A stretch of DNA of 64,000 bases from Alphaproteobacteria bacterium (GTDB lineage Bacteria; Pseudomonadota; Alphaproteobacteria; MPNO01): contig CBDFLJ010000001.1 in assembly GCA_965248835.1 (NCBI GenBank), positions 1,248,001 to 1,312,000 of the forward strand, written 5' to 3'. How positions within the stretch are numbered: position 1 is the stretch's first letter; each line of letters starts with the position of its first letter. Shown one piece after another: positions 1 to 10,118 of this stretch. The notes under the pieces were generated by a model, which saw only the letters and a list, made by a program, of their open reading frames with translations, searched no databases and had not been told where the DNA came from. A program made the translations under genes and the position numbers.

Positions 1-195
1 GCCGACCGGCCGATCCGCGGGACGGTCCTGGCCACCCTCGAGATGCCCTTCGTCACCGAGAATTTCGAGGGCATCGCCGCACGGCGCGGCCGGCCGGGCG
101 AGACGCTGATCTACATCGTCTCCGACGACAATTTCAGCGCGCTGCAACGCACGCTGTTGCTGCTGTTCGCGTTGCCCGGTGACGGGGCGCGATAG
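1..195 (+). CDS. Partial (3' end) esterase-like activity of phytase family protein
   Basis: Frame 1 reads ...ENFEGIAARRG...LIYIVSDDNFSALQRTLLLLF* (TAG 193-195); NFEGI and SDDNF motifs are typical of this beta-propeller family. Confidence 0.65.
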   Translation, partial: ADRPIRGTVLATLEMPFVTENFEGIAARRGRPGETLIYIVSDDNFSALQRTLLLLFALPGDGAR

Positions 196-237
196 TCCGT
201 TGCACCGGCCGCCGCGGCGCGACATTCTCCGCCCACC

Positions 238-1011
238 ATGACCGCGACCGTCGGATTGCTCGTCACCTGCATCGTCGACCTGTTCCGGCCCCGGGTCGGG
301 TTCGCCGCCGTGCGGCTGATCGAGCAGGCCGGCTTCGCAGTCGAAGTGCCGGCGCGCCAGACCTGCTGCGGCCAGCCGGCCTATAATTCCGGCGACCGGG
401 CGGGCGCGGTCCGTATCGCCAAGGACGTGATTGCCGCCTTCGAAGGGTTCGACCACGTCGTCGCCCCGTCGGGCTCCTGCGCGTCGATCCTGCGGTGCCA
501 TTATCCCGGCCTGTTCGCCGATGACCCGGGCTGGGCCGGACGCGCCCGATCGCTGGCCGAAAAGACCCATGAGCTGATGGCGTTCCTCGCCGATATCGCG
601 GGCTGGCGGCCGGCAGTGGGGACGGCGGGGGCGGCGCCGGCCGGTGCGCTCACCTACCACGATGCGTGCTCGGGGCTGCGCGAGCTCGGCATCCGCGAAC
701 AGCCGCGCGCGCTGTTGCGCGCCATCGACGGGCTGGACCTGGTTGAGATGGACGCGGCTGAGGTCTGCTGCGGCTTCGGCGGCGCATTCTGCGTCAAATA
801 CCCGGTCCTTTCCGAGGCGATGGCCGATGCGAAGATCCGCGCGATCGAGGCTGCCGGAGCGGACCATCTCGTGGCAGGCGATCTCGGCTGCTTGCTGCAT
901 CTCGCCGGGCGGCTCGCGCGGGCGGGATCGGCGGTCAGGGTGCGCCATGCCGCCGAGGTTCTGGCAGGCATGGCCGGGGACCCCGCCATCGCCGAACCGG
1001 CGGAGCGTTGA
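238..1011 (+). CDS. lutA: Lactate utilisation protein A (CCG-domain Fe-S oxidoreductase, LutA/LldE/YkgE)
   Basis: TCIVD, TCCGQPAYNSG, PSGSC, YHDACSGLR and CCGFGG motifs; first gene of a 3-gene cluster. Confidence 0.9.
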   Translation: MTATVGLLVTCIVDLFRPRVGFAAVRLIEQAGFAVEVPARQTCCGQPAYNSGDRAGAVRIAKDVIAAFEGFDHVVAPSGSCASILRCHYPGLFADDPGWAGRARSLAEKTHELMAFLADIAGWRPAVGTAGAAPAGALTYHDACSGLRELGIREQPRALLRAIDGLDLVEMDAAEVCCGFGGAFCVKYPVLSEAMADAKIRAIEAAGADHLVAGDLGCLLHLAGRLARAGSAVRVRHAAEVLAGMAGDPAIAEPAER

Positions 1012-1013
1012 GC

Positions 1014-2438
1014 ATGGCCTCGCTTTCGCCGGCGTCATTTCCGCGCAATGCGGCGGCCGCGCGCGCGGATGCCACCCTTGCCGGCGCGCTCGAGCGGTTG
1101 CAGCGCGATACAAGGGCCGCCCGGCCCGGCCTCCTGGCCCGGCTGCCCGAGTTCGAAGCCCTGCGCGATGCCGCGCGCGACATCCGCGAGGATGCGCTGG
1201 ACCGGCTGGACCTCCTGCTCGTGGCATTCGAGGCCAAGGTGGAAGAGGCCGGCGGCGAAGTCCACTGGTGCACCGACGCCGAAGACGCGCGCACGACAAT
1301 CACCCAGATCTGCCGCGATGCCGGCGCCAGGACCATCGCCAAGGGCAAGTCGATGGTCTCCGAGGAAATCGCGCTCAACGACGCGCTGATCGCGGCCGGG
1401 TTCGACGTCGCCGAGACCGATCTCGGCGAATACATCCTCCAGCTTCGCGGCGAGGCGCCCAGTCATATCGTGATGCCGGCGATCCATCTGACCCGCGGCC
1501 AGATATCGCAGACGTTCCGCGACTTCCATGATGACCTGCCGCCTGCCCGCCCGCTGGAAGAGGCGCGCGCGATCACCGATGAGGCAAGGGCCAGGCTGCG
1601 CCGGACCTTCCTGCGCGCCGATGTCGGGATCACCGGGGCCAATTTCCTGATCGCCGAGACCGGAAGCGTCGTCGTGGTGACCAACGAGGGAAACGGCGAT
1701 CTGGTCCAGGCCCTGCCGCGCACCCACATCGTGGTGACCGGGATCGAGAAGGCGCTGCCCACGGTCGAGGACGCGCTGGGCCTGATCCGGGTGCTCGCGC
1801 GCTCGGCCACCGGCCAGGAGATCACCGCCTACACCACCTTCGCGACCGGTGCCAGGCGCGCCGAAGACGTCGACGGACCGGAGTCCTTTCACGTCGTGCT
1901 GGTCGACAACGGGCGGACGGACCTGCTCGCCGGGCGCAAGCGGGACATTCTGCGCTGCATTCGCTGCGGGGCCTGCCAGACGGTCTGCCCAGTCTACGGC
2001 GCGGTCGGCGGCCACGCCTATGGCTCGGTCTACGCCGGTCCGCTGGGCGCGGTGCTGACCCCGGCGCTGGTGGGCCACGAAGCGGCCTATCATCTGCCCG
2101 AGGCCTCCTCGCTGTGCGGGGCCTGCCAGGAGGTCTGCCCGGTGCGCATCCCGCTGCCGGCGCTGTTGCGGCATTGGCGCGAGGACGCGCACACCGATCG
2201 GACCGGCCCGGCGATCAACCGGCTCGGCCTGGCGGCCTGGGCCGCCGTGGCCGCCAGGCCGGCTCTCTATCGGATGCTGGCGCGGCTGGCATCGGCGGTC
2301 CTGCGCATGCTCGCCGGGCGCCGCGGCCGGCTGCGCCGCCTGCCGTTTGCCGGCGGCTGGACCGGCGGGCGCGATCTGCCGGTCCCCGCCGGCCGGCCGT
2401 TCCTCGACCAGTGGCGCCGCCCCGGCGGTCCGGCATGA
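1014..2438 (+). CDS. lutB: Lactate utilisation protein B (LUD + 4Fe-4S, LutB/LldF)
   Basis: KGKSMVSEEI, ETDLGEYILQL, PSHIVMPAIH, CIRCGACQTVCPVY and SLCGACQEVCPV. Confidence 0.92.
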   Translation: MASLSPASFPRNAAAARADATLAGALERLQRDTRAARPGLLARLPEFEALRDAARDIREDALDRLDLLLVAFEAKVEEAGGEVHWCTDAEDARTTITQICRDAGARTIAKGKSMVSEEIALNDALIAAGFDVAETDLGEYILQLRGEAPSHIVMPAIHLTRGQISQTFRDFHDDLPPARPLEEARAITDEARARLRRTFLRADVGITGANFLIAETGSVVVVTNEGNGDLVQALPRTHIVVTGIEKALPTVEDALGLIRVLARSATGQEITAYTTFATGARRAEDVDGPESFHVVLVDNGRTDLLAGRKRDILRCIRCGACQTVCPVYGAVGGHAYGSVYAGPLGAVLTPALVGHEAAYHLPEASSLCGACQEVCPVRIPLPALLRHWREDAHTDRTGPAINRLGLAAWAAVAARPALYRMLARLASAVLRMLAGRRGRLRRLPFAGGWTGGRDLPVPAGRPFLDQWRRPGGPA

Positions 2439-3076
2439 CCGCCGCCCGGGCTGCGATCCTGGATCGGATCCGGCGGGCGAATGCCGCCCGCCCGGCCCGC
2501 AGCGCGCCGATCCCGCACCCCGTTCCGGCCCGTGCCAGGGGCGATGCGGCAACGCTCAGGACCCGGTTCGTGGAAAATCTCGACGCCGCCGGAGCGAGCC
2601 ATTCGGTCGTGGCCGGCCGCAGCGAGGTTGCCGGCGCGGTCCGGGACCACCTGGCGGCCGCCGGCTTGCCGCTCGAAGCGGTCGTTGCCGGCGATGCCGC
2701 GCTCGATGACTGCGGTTGGCAGGCGGTCCCCGACCTTGCCGTCCGGCGCGGGGTGCCCGGCCCCGATGATGCGGCGACGGTGACCGGGACCGTCTCCGGG
2801 ATCGCCGAGACCGGCACCTTGATGGTCCGGTCCGGTCCCGGCTTGTCGGCCCGGTCCTACTTTCTGCCCGATGTCCACATCGCCGTCCTGGAGACGGCTG
2901 CGATTTGCGGGGCCTACGAGGACGCCTTCGCCGCTCTTCGCCGCACCTGTCCGGAGTGGCCGCGGACGATCACGCTGATCACCGGACCGTCGCGGAGCAG
3001 CGACATCGAGCGCATCGTCCAGATCGGCGTCCACGGCCCGCGCGCGCTGCATGTGGTCCTGATCGATGAGCGGTAG
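2435..3076 (+). CDS. lutC: Lactate utilisation protein C (LUD domain, LutC/LldG)
   Basis: ATG at 2435 overlaps the lutB stop (ATGA); GIAETGTL and ITGPSRSSDIE...GVHGP motifs. Confidence 0.88.
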   Translation: MTAARAAILDRIRRANAARPARSAPIPHPVPARARGDAATLRTRFVENLDAAGASHSVVAGRSEVAGAVRDHLAAAGLPLEAVVAGDAALDDCGWQAVPDLAVRRGVPGPDDAATVTGTVSGIAETGTLMVRSGPGLSARSYFLPDVHIAVLETAAICGAYEDAFAALRRTCPEWPRTITLITGPSRSSDIERIVQIGVHGPRALHVVLIDER

Positions 3077-3593
3077 GCCGAAGACGCCCAACAAGGACGA
3101 CCGCGCCCTGTTCGAGCGCGCGATGGCCGATGTCCGCCGTCTGCAACCCGGCGCGGCCGTCCCGGGCGATCCGCCGCCGGAGCGGGCCGGGCCGCCGCCC
3201 CCGCCGCCGCGCTTGGCCGCACAGGCGTTGCCGCGCCTGGAGACCGGGGCCGCGGCCGGTGTCGACGCCCGCACAGTCACCCGCCTCAAGCGGGGCCGGA
3301 TCCGGCCCGAGGCGCGGCTCGATCTGCACGGCATGACCCTGGATGAGGCGCACCGCGCGGTCTCGGGGTTCATCACCCGCTGCGCCGGCCAGCGTCTGCG
3401 CTGCGTGATCGTGATCACCGGCAAGGGCAAGCTCGGCGAGGCTTCCGGCACGTTGCGCACCGAGCTGCCGCGCTGGCTCAACCTCGGCCCGACGCGGGCA
3501 CGCATCCTCGCCTTTGCCGAGGCCCAGTCGCGCGACGGCGGCGCGGGCGCCTGCTACGTCCTGCTGCGCCGCACCGAGCGCCGCGAATCCTGA
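3066..3593 (+). CDS. Smr/MutS domain protein
   Basis: ARLDLHGMT, VIVITGKG and DGGAGACYVLLRR Smr motifs. Confidence 0.88.
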   Translation: MSGRPKTPNKDDRALFERAMADVRRLQPGAAVPGDPPPERAGPPPPPPRLAAQALPRLETGAAAGVDARTVTRLKRGRIRPEARLDLHGMTLDEAHRAVSGFITRCAGQRLRCVIVITGKGKLGEASGTLRTELPRWLNLGPTRARILAFAEAQSRDGGAGACYVLLRRTERRES

Positions 3594-3608
3594 GCCCCCG
3601 CCGAGCGC

Positions 3609-4637
3609 CTACAGCCAGTCCGGCACCGGAAGGCTCTTCTCGCGCAGGAACGCCGGGTTGAACAGCTTCGAAGCGTAGCGCTGACCGCCGTCGCACAGGA
3701 CGGTGACGATGGTGTGTCCGGGCCCGAGCTCCTCGGCGAGCCGGATCGCGCCGGCGACGTTGATCCCGCTTGAGCCGCCGAGGCAAAGCCCCTCCTGCCT
3801 GAGCAGATCGAAGATCACCGGCAGCGCCTCGGTGTCGGGGATGCGGAAGGCGGCATCCACTTTCGCCTCGGCGACGTTGCCGGTGATCCGGCCTTGGCCG
3901 ATCCCTTCGGTGATCGAGCTTCCCTCCGAGCCGAGCGCGCCGGTCTTGAAATAGCTGTACATCGCCGCCCCTTCCGGGTCCGCGAGACCGACGACCAGGC
4001 TCTGGTTGCGCTCCTTCAGCGCCTTGCCGGTGCCGGCCAGGGTCCCGCCGGTGCCGATGGCGCAGATGAACCCGTCGACCCTGCCGCCGGTCTGCCGCCA
4101 GATCTCTGGGCCGGTGGTCTCGTAGTGGCCGCGCCAATTAGCCGGGTTGTCCCACTGGTTGGCCCAGATCACGCCGGCGGTCTCGGTCTCGGCGAGCTCG
4201 GCGGCGACCCGTTCGGAGACCCGCACATAGTTGCCCGGATCGCGGTAGGGCTTGGCCGGCACCAACCGGACCTCGGCGCCGCACAGCCGCAGCATCTCGA
4301 TCTTCTCGACGCTCTGGGTCTGCGGCATCACGATCACGGTACGGTAGCCGCGCGCGTTGGCGACCAGGCTCAGCCCGATCCCGGTATTGCCGGCGGTGCC
4401 TTCGACGATCACGCCGCCCGGTTTGAGCACGCCGCGCTTCTCGGCGTCCTCGATGATGAACAAGGCCGCCCGGTCCTTGACCGAGCCGCCCGGGTTGAGG
4501 AACTCCGCCTTGCCGAGGATCTCGCAGCCGGTGCGCGCCGACGCCTTGGCAAGCCGGATCAGCGGCGTGTTGCCCACCGTGCCGTTGAATCCCTCGCGGA
4601 TATCGCTCCCGGCCGCGCGCAGGTCAGCCTCCGCCAT
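3609..4637 (-). CDS. cysK: Cysteine synthase (O-acetylserine sulfhydrylase)
   Basis: NPGGSVKDR PLP lysine, TAGNTG and GTGGT; directly downstream of cysE. Confidence 0.88.
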   Translation of the reverse strand: MAEADLRAAGSDIREGFNGTVGNTPLIRLAKASARTGCEILGKAEFLNPGGSVKDRAALFIIEDAEKRGVLKPGGVIVEGTAGNTGIGLSLVANARGYRTVIVMPQTQSVEKIEMLRLCGAEVRLVPAKPYRDPGNYVRVSERVAAELAETETAGVIWANQWDNPANWRGHYETTGPEIWRQTGGRVDGFICAIGTGGTLAGTGKALKERNQSLVVGLADPEGAAMYSYFKTGALGSEGSSITEGIGQGRITGNVAEAKVDAAFRIPDTEALPVIFDLLRQEGLCLGGSSGINVAGAIRLAEELGPGHTIVTVLCDGGQRYASKLFNPAFLREKSLPVPDWL

Positions 4638-4657
4638 TACCGCCTCGTGTTTTCGCC

Positions 4658-5392
4658 TTACCTCGGGCGGTCGTCGACCGTCGGCTGCTCACCCGCCTGG
4701 GAGGCCGGCTCGCGGCTCTCGCCTTCCAGGGCCTCCAGGCGGCCGCGCAGCCGCGCGACCTCGGCCGAAAGCGCATCGAGTGCCTTGAGCGTCGGATCGG
4801 CGATCTCGCGGTCGGACGTGCCGTAGGCGCGGAAGTCCGGCGCCGCCGCGCCGCGCTCGCGCGGCAGCACCTGCCGGGCCGGGATGCCGACCATGGTCAC
4901 GCCCGCCGGCACGTCCTTGAGCACGACGGCGTTGGCACCGATGCGCGCGCCCTCGCCGACCGTAATCGGGCCCAGCACCTGGGCGCCGGAACCAACGATC
5001 ACGCCGTTGCCAAGCGTCGGGTGGCGCTTCTCGCGCTCCAGCGAGACCCCGCCCAATGTCACGCCGTGATAGAGCGTGACGTCATCGCCGACTTCGGCCG
5101 TCTCGCCGATCACGCAGCTCATGCCGTGATCGATGAACAGCCGCCGGCCAAGTGTGGCGCCGGGATGGATCTCGATCCCGGTCAGCACCCGGCCGACATG
5201 AGAGACGAGGCGGCCGGCCATGCGCATCCGCCGCCGCCAGACGGCGTTTGCCAGCATGTGAAACAGCCGGGCATGGAACCCCGGATAGCACAGCACGACC
5301 TCGACGCGGGAGCGCGCCGCGGGGTCGCGCTCCATGATCGCGTCGATGTCCTCACGCAGACGAGCGAGGGCCGACATGCCCACCTTTCCCAT
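4658..5392 (-). CDS. cysE: Serine O-acetyltransferase
   Basis: [29 protein letters not shown] and hexapeptide repeats. Confidence 0.93.
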   Translation of the reverse strand: MGKVGMSALARLREDIDAIMERDPAARSRVEVVLCYPGFHARLFHMLANAVWRRRMRMAGRLVSHVGRVLTGIEIHPGATLGRRLFIDHGMSCVIGETAEVGDDVTLYHGVTLGGVSLEREKRHPTLGNGVIVGSGAQVLGPITVGEGARIGANAVVLKDVPAGVTMVGIPARQVLPRERGAAAPDFRAYGTSDREIADPTLKALDALSAEVARLRGRLEALEGESREPASQAGEQPTVDDRPR

Positions 5393-5496
5393 CCAATCGC
5401 CGTTGCCTACATTGCCGAACTGGTAGGGTCGGGGCGCCGGGTCAAGCCGCCGGCCGCCGTTGCCGGCACCGACGATGGCATGGCGCAGGGGCGGGC

Positions 5497-6135
5497 ATGC
5501 TGGAGACGCTTCTCGAAGAAGTCCGGGCCTGCCGCGTCTGCGAGGCCGACCTGCCGCTCGGACCCAGGCCGGTGGTGCGGCTGGCCGCCGCCGCGCGGAT
5601 CCTGATCATCGGCCAGGCGCCGGGCACCAGGGTGCACGAAAGCGGCATCCCGTGGGACGACGCCAGCGGCAAGCGGCTGCGCGATTGGCTGCAGCTCGAC
5701 CGCGAGACGTTCTACGACCCCACCCGGATCGCCATCGTGCCCATGGGGTTCTGCTATCCGGGCGTGCTGCCGCGCGGCGACGACAAGCCGCCCAGGCCCG
5801 AATGCGCGCCGTTATGGCACGCCAGGCTCCTCGGCGTGCTGGGCGATGTCGGCCTGACGTTGCTGGTCGGCCAATACGCCCAGGCCTACTATCTGGGGAA
5901 GCACGGCAAGCGGACCCTGACCGAGACCGTGGCCGCCTGGCGCGACTACCTGCCGGCCTTCCTGCCGACGCCCCACCCGAGCTGGCGCACCACCGCCTGG
6001 CAGCGCAACAACCCGTGGTTCGACGCCGAGCTCCTGCCCGAGCTCCGCGCGCGGGTGCACGCGCTTCTCGCGCGCAGCGACAACGCCGCCGCGCCTCACG
6101 GCAGCCGTTTCAACCCGACCGTGCCCAGATCCTGA
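5497..6135 (+). CDS. Uracil-DNA glycosylase superfamily protein
   Basis: [19 protein letters not shown] and PHPSWR motifs. Confidence 0.85.
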   Translation: MLETLLEEVRACRVCEADLPLGPRPVVRLAAAARILIIGQAPGTRVHESGIPWDDASGKRLRDWLQLDRETFYDPTRIAIVPMGFCYPGVLPRGDDKPPRPECAPLWHARLLGVLGDVGLTLLVGQYAQAYYLGKHGKRTLTETVAAWRDYLPAFLPTPHPSWRTTAWQRNNPWFDAELLPELRARVHALLARSDNAAAPHGSRFNPTVPRS

Positions 6136-6905
6136 TCGCCGTCCGTGGTCACCACCGCAAGCACGTCGCGGTATCCTTCCATTCTGATCTCGACCCGGTA
6201 TTTCCGGTCCCGCCGCAAGTCTTTCAGCCAGAAATCGCCGAACGCATCGGATCGGGCGCTCACCGAGCCGTCCTCGAAGAGGTCGACCGCGGTGATCGAC
6301 ACGCCGGCGATCACCTCCTCCTCCTCCGCGTCGATCACCGCGCCGGCAATCCACGGCTTGGGCAGGCCGCGCCAGCGGACAAGCGGGTCGGCGTTGTATT
6401 CGGGGTGGTAGATTTCCGCCGCCCCGGCCGCCGCGTCCTCGCCGAAGACGATCGCGTCGTGCGGGCAGACTTCGGCGCATCTGGGCAGTTCGCCCCGATC
6501 GACGCGATGGGCGCATCCGGTGCATTTCTGCGCGATGCCGAGCTCGGCATTCATGTAGATCACGTCGTAGGGACAGGCGTCCTGGCACAGCCCGCAGTTC
6601 GTGCACACCGCCGGGTCGATCCAGACCAGCCCGTCGGGCCGGGTCTTGATCGCGCCCTCCGGGCAGGCCTTGATGCAGGGCGCGTTGCGGCAATGCTGGC
6701 ACAGCAGCGGCAGGAAGCTCATCCGGAGCCTGGGCGCCGCGCCGCGCTCCAGGGCCTGGACGTCGACCCAGAACTGCCCGGTCTCCGGCTGCGGCCGGGT
6801 CCAGGGCGGGTACGCGCTGTCGACATGCTCGTCCTTGCAGGCGACCGTGCACAGCCTGCAGCCGGTGCATTTGTCGACATCGATCAGGAAGCTCGTCTCG
6901 GGCAT
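6096..6905 (-). CDS. 4Fe-4S beta subunit of a molybdoenzyme (DmsB-type ferredoxin plus C-terminal beta-sandwich), transhydroxylase BthL-like
   Basis: CTGCRLCTVACKDEH, CQHCRNAPC, CTNCGLCQDACP and KCTGCAH; C-terminal SDAFGDFWLKDL...DLGTVGL tail as in the pyrogallol transhydroxylase beta subunit. Confidence 0.82.
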   Translation of the reverse strand: MPETSFLIDVDKCTGCRLCTVACKDEHVDSAYPPWTRPQPETGQFWVDVQALERGAAPRLRMSFLPLLCQHCRNAPCIKACPEGAIKTRPDGLVWIDPAVCTNCGLCQDACPYDVIYMNAELGIAQKCTGCAHRVDRGELPRCAEVCPHDAIVFGEDAAAGAAEIYHPEYNADPLVRWRGLPKPWIAGAVIDAEEEEVIAGVSITAVDLFEDGSVSARSDAFGDFWLKDLRRDRKYRVEIRMEGYRDVLAVVTTDGDQDLGTVGLKRLP

Positions 6906-6912
6906 CGCGCAA

Positions 6913-9471
6913 TCAACTCCCCTCGGTGTGTCCGACGACATCCGCCGGGTCGATCTTGACCGCCTCGGCGAGGAAGCCGCTGACGTTCATCTCCGGGATC
7001 GTGATCTCGGCCCCGGCGCCGTATTTTTCCTGCGGCGTCGGCGCGATCAGGTTGATGCAGCCGCCGCGGTCGATCAGCGCGTTGTTGAGGACCGCGAGGT
7101 CGATCTTGGCGCCGTGGTCGATCGACAGCGCGCCTTGCACGATGCGCTCGGTGACCACCGCGCCGGCCAGCACCGCGCCGCGCTGGTTGTGCACCATGAT
7201 GACGTCGCCCGTGGCGATGTCCCTGGCCGCGGCGTCTTCGGGATGGATCCAGCAGGGCTCGTACCAGCGGCCGTCGCTGCCGCGGACCTTGGCGATCTCG
7301 CGGATCCATTCGATGTCGTCGCCCTGGACGTGGAACCGGAACCGCGGGTGGTTGGACATCACGGTCAGCGGATAGTCCTGCGCCTTGGGCGTACCCGGCA
7401 TCTCCTGGTGCGGCCGCCATTTGGCGACCGGCGGCCGTTCGTCGTTGTCCGGGTCGCGTTCGGCGATGCGCCGGGAGACGAACTCGATCTTGCCCGATTC
7501 GGTGTCCAGCCCGTCGGCGGCAGACCAGTACCAGTGGAGCCCGCCGTCATTGGGCCCGAAGCCGTGCCCCTTCTTGATGTCGACCCATTCCTCCCATGTC
7601 GGGCAGTCGTAGACCACGAACTTGCGTTCCTTGAACGCTTGCCAATCGATGCCGAGATCGGTTGCGGCGAAGGTCTCCTCATAGGCCGACTTCAGCCAAT
7701 CGCCAGCCGGCGGGAACACCTTGTCGAGCCCGAGGCGCTGGCCGATCATCCGGTGGATCTCGTAGTCGCTGCGCGACTCGCCGACCGGCTCGATCGCCTG
7801 GTCCTGATAGAACATGCCCAAAACGTCGCTGCGCTGGACCGCCAACAGGTCCTCGTGCTCGTAGCTGGTCTGCGCCGGCAGGATCAGGTCGGAAAACCCG
7901 ATGTCGTTCTCCAGCCACGGGTGAATGCCGAGGACGAAATCGATGCGCGGGTTGCGCAACGCCTCCAGCCAGTTCCAGCCATAGCCCCAGCTTCCGGGCT
8001 GGCTGCCGTTTTCGTTCCACACCATCCGAATCCCCGGATGGTCGTCGGTCGGCGGATAGCGGTAGCTGTTGAACTGGTCTTCGGTCTTGGCCAGCGCCGC
8101 GGTGGTGCTGCGCCAGGACACCGACGGGCACTGGATCGCCTCGGCTGCCAACGTGCGCGGGATGAACACGGGCGATTTCGGCGCCTTGCCGATCGCGTAC
8201 TCGATCATCGGGTTGAGCGCGAGGCCGCGGGCGTCGATTTCGGGATAGCGCGGCACCTGGGCCAGGGAGTGTTTGTAGAAGGACGGCGCGCCGGTCCGCA
8301 GGAACTGCCGGCCCGGACGGCCGATGCCCTGCATCGCCAGCACATAGGCTTCCATTCGCGCGGCCAGGTGCGACAGGGTGCCGCGGATCTTCGGTCCGCC
8401 GAAATAGACCGAAAGCGAGGTCTTCCTGGCCGCCCATTCGCGGGCGAGCGCGCGGATCGTATGGGGCGGCACGCCGGTGATCGGCTCCGCCCAGGAAGGC
8501 GTCTTGGCCACCCCGTCGTCCTCGCCCAGCACGTGGCGCCTGAATGAATCGAAACCGATGGTGTGGGTGCGGACATAGTCCTTGTCGTAACGGTCCTCGA
8601 CGATCCAGGTATGGGCTACCGCGAGGTAGAGGGCGGCATCGGTGTTGGGCTTGATCGGGATCCACTTGTCGGCGTGGATGGCGGCGTGGTGGTTGAGGTC
8701 GGGCGAGATCGCGAGGATCTTGATCCCAGCGCGCTTCAGCCACTTGGGCATCTCCAGCGCGATCGAGCCCGACATGCCGAACCCGGTGGCCTCGGGGTCG
8801 TTGCCCGAGAAGATCACCATTTCGGTGTGTTCCAGCACGTCGTCCCAGACCGCGTCCTGGTAGGGCTCGCCCAGGGTGCGATCGAAGCCCCAGACGTGCT
8901 TGGCCCCCCAGTAGTAGCCTTCCCAGCTATCGGGGTTGCGCACCTGCTGGGTCCACCACCCCCAATCCAGGTGCTCGCGGATCATGTCGAAGAGGTAGTG
9001 CCCCCAGAAATGAAGCGACTGCAGGTAGCCGCTCTGGCCGTGGCCGTCGGCCTGCACAAGGATCGGTTCCATCGAGCCGTATTTCTCGCGGATCCGTTCG
9101 ATCTGGGAGACGATGATGTCGAGCGCCTGGTCCCAGCCGATCGGTGAGTGGCCCGACGTGCCGCGCCGTTCGGGGTTCGGGTTCTCGGGGCTCCAATCGT
9201 TGCGCAGCAGCGGATACCGCACCCTGGTGTCGGAATGGACCCGCTGCTTGGCGGCGAATGCCAGCGGCATCTGCACTTCCTTGCGCGGCCTGGCGAAGGT
9301 CCCGCGCGAGGTCTTGATCTCGTAGAGCCGGACATCCTCGGGGATGTAGAACGGCAGGGACCTGGCGATCTTCGTGCCCTCGATCTCGCAGGCAAGCGGG
9401 AAGTTGGACCGCGCCAGACCGCTGCCGGGATGGGACACGTAGACGGTTCTGGCCTGCGGGTGCTCGGGCAT
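6913..9471 (-). CDS. Mo-bisPGD oxidoreductase alpha subunit, pyrogallol-phloroglucinol transhydroxylase (AthL)-like
   Basis: RVRYPL, RNPDSWEGYYWGAKHVWGF (Ser Mo-ligand motif), PNTDAAL, SDLILPA, NHPRFRFHVQGD and HPEDAAARDI; no Tat signal and no N-terminal Fe-S motif. Confidence 0.82.
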   Translation of the reverse strand: MPEHPQARTVYVSHPGSGLARSNFPLACEIEGTKIARSLPFYIPEDVRLYEIKTSRGTFARPRKEVQMPLAFAAKQRVHSDTRVRYPLLRNDWSPENPNPERRGTSGHSPIGWDQALDIIVSQIERIREKYGSMEPILVQADGHGQSGYLQSLHFWGHYLFDMIREHLDWGWWTQQVRNPDSWEGYYWGAKHVWGFDRTLGEPYQDAVWDDVLEHTEMVIFSGNDPEATGFGMSGSIALEMPKWLKRAGIKILAISPDLNHHAAIHADKWIPIKPNTDAALYLAVAHTWIVEDRYDKDYVRTHTIGFDSFRRHVLGEDDGVAKTPSWAEPITGVPPHTIRALAREWAARKTSLSVYFGGPKIRGTLSHLAARMEAYVLAMQGIGRPGRQFLRTGAPSFYKHSLAQVPRYPEIDARGLALNPMIEYAIGKAPKSPVFIPRTLAAEAIQCPSVSWRSTTAALAKTEDQFNSYRYPPTDDHPGIRMVWNENGSQPGSWGYGWNWLEALRNPRIDFVLGIHPWLENDIGFSDLILPAQTSYEHEDLLAVQRSDVLGMFYQDQAIEPVGESRSDYEIHRMIGQRLGLDKVFPPAGDWLKSAYEETFAATDLGIDWQAFKERKFVVYDCPTWEEWVDIKKGHGFGPNDGGLHWYWSAADGLDTESGKIEFVSRRIAERDPDNDERPPVAKWRPHQEMPGTPKAQDYPLTVMSNHPRFRFHVQGDDIEWIREIAKVRGSDGRWYEPCWIHPEDAAARDIATGDVIMVHNQRGAVLAGAVVTERIVQGALSIDHGAKIDLAVLNNALIDRGGCINLIAPTPQEKYGAGAEITIPEMNVSGFLAEAVKIDPADVVGHTEGS

Positions 9472-9586
9472 GGTCCGGATCCTGGCGCGCGCGAGCCCGG
9501 CACCGCGCCGGGGCTCAAGGGCAAGCTTTGCGCCATCGTGCGCGCTTGGCAAGCCGGCTTCTTCCGTCGGCCCGGTTGGAGCACCT

Positions 9587-9985
9587 CTAATCGGCGTTCT
9601 CGATGCGCTCCATGTCCTCGTCGGAGAAGCCGAAATGGTGGCCGATCTCGTGGATCAGGACGTGGCGGATCAGATGGGTCAGGTCCTCGCCGGTCTCGCA
9701 CCAGTAATCGAGGATCGGCCGGCGGTAGAGGAACACCATGTCGACGTCCTGCGGTGTGTGGCCGCCGGCCTTCTCGCCGATCGGGATGCCGCGATAGAGC
9801 CCCAGGAGGTCGAACGGCGACTCCAATCCCATCTCGGCCTCGGTCTCCGCGTCGGGAAAATCGGCGACCTGGAAGACCACGCCGCGGGCCAGCCGGCGCA
9901 GCCGTTGTGGAATCGTCGCGAACGCCGCCGCCGCGCAGTCCTCGATGTCGGCAAGCGTCGGGGCTTCGGTATATCCGGGCGCCAT
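9587..9985 (-). CDS. Zincin-like metallopeptidase family protein (DUF1025/Zincin_1)
   Basis: LLGLYRG, FLYRRPIL and HVLIHEIGHHFGFSDEDM. Confidence 0.88.
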   Translation of the reverse strand: MAPGYTEAPTLADIEDCAAAAFATIPQRLRRLARGVVFQVADFPDAETEAEMGLESPFDLLGLYRGIPIGEKAGGHTPQDVDMVFLYRRPILDYWCETGEDLTHLIRHVLIHEIGHHFGFSDEDMERIENAD

Positions 9986-10019
9986 GCCCCGTCATAGCGC
10001 GGCTTGATCGTCCGGCCAA

Positions 10020-10031
10020 GCGAGGGCACCC
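10020..10031 (+). repeat. 12-bp direct repeat GCGAGGGCACCC, left boundary of the iron-uptake island
   Basis: Identical 12-mer at 25879-25890; both copies are intergenic and sit at the edges of the iron gene block. Confidence 0.55.
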
Positions 10032-10118
10032 GGGGGAATGCCTTCTTTGCTACCTGAACCTATGGAACATTTTCGATTTTCCTGGCTGCGGTTTCGGACC
10101 AAGCCGAACGGAGCCGCA

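Noticed and set aside
9989-10012. GTCATAGCGCGGCTTGATC resembling alphaproteobacterial REP/RPE palindromes
   Set aside because: Only a half-site, no complete hairpin and no second copy seen in the window
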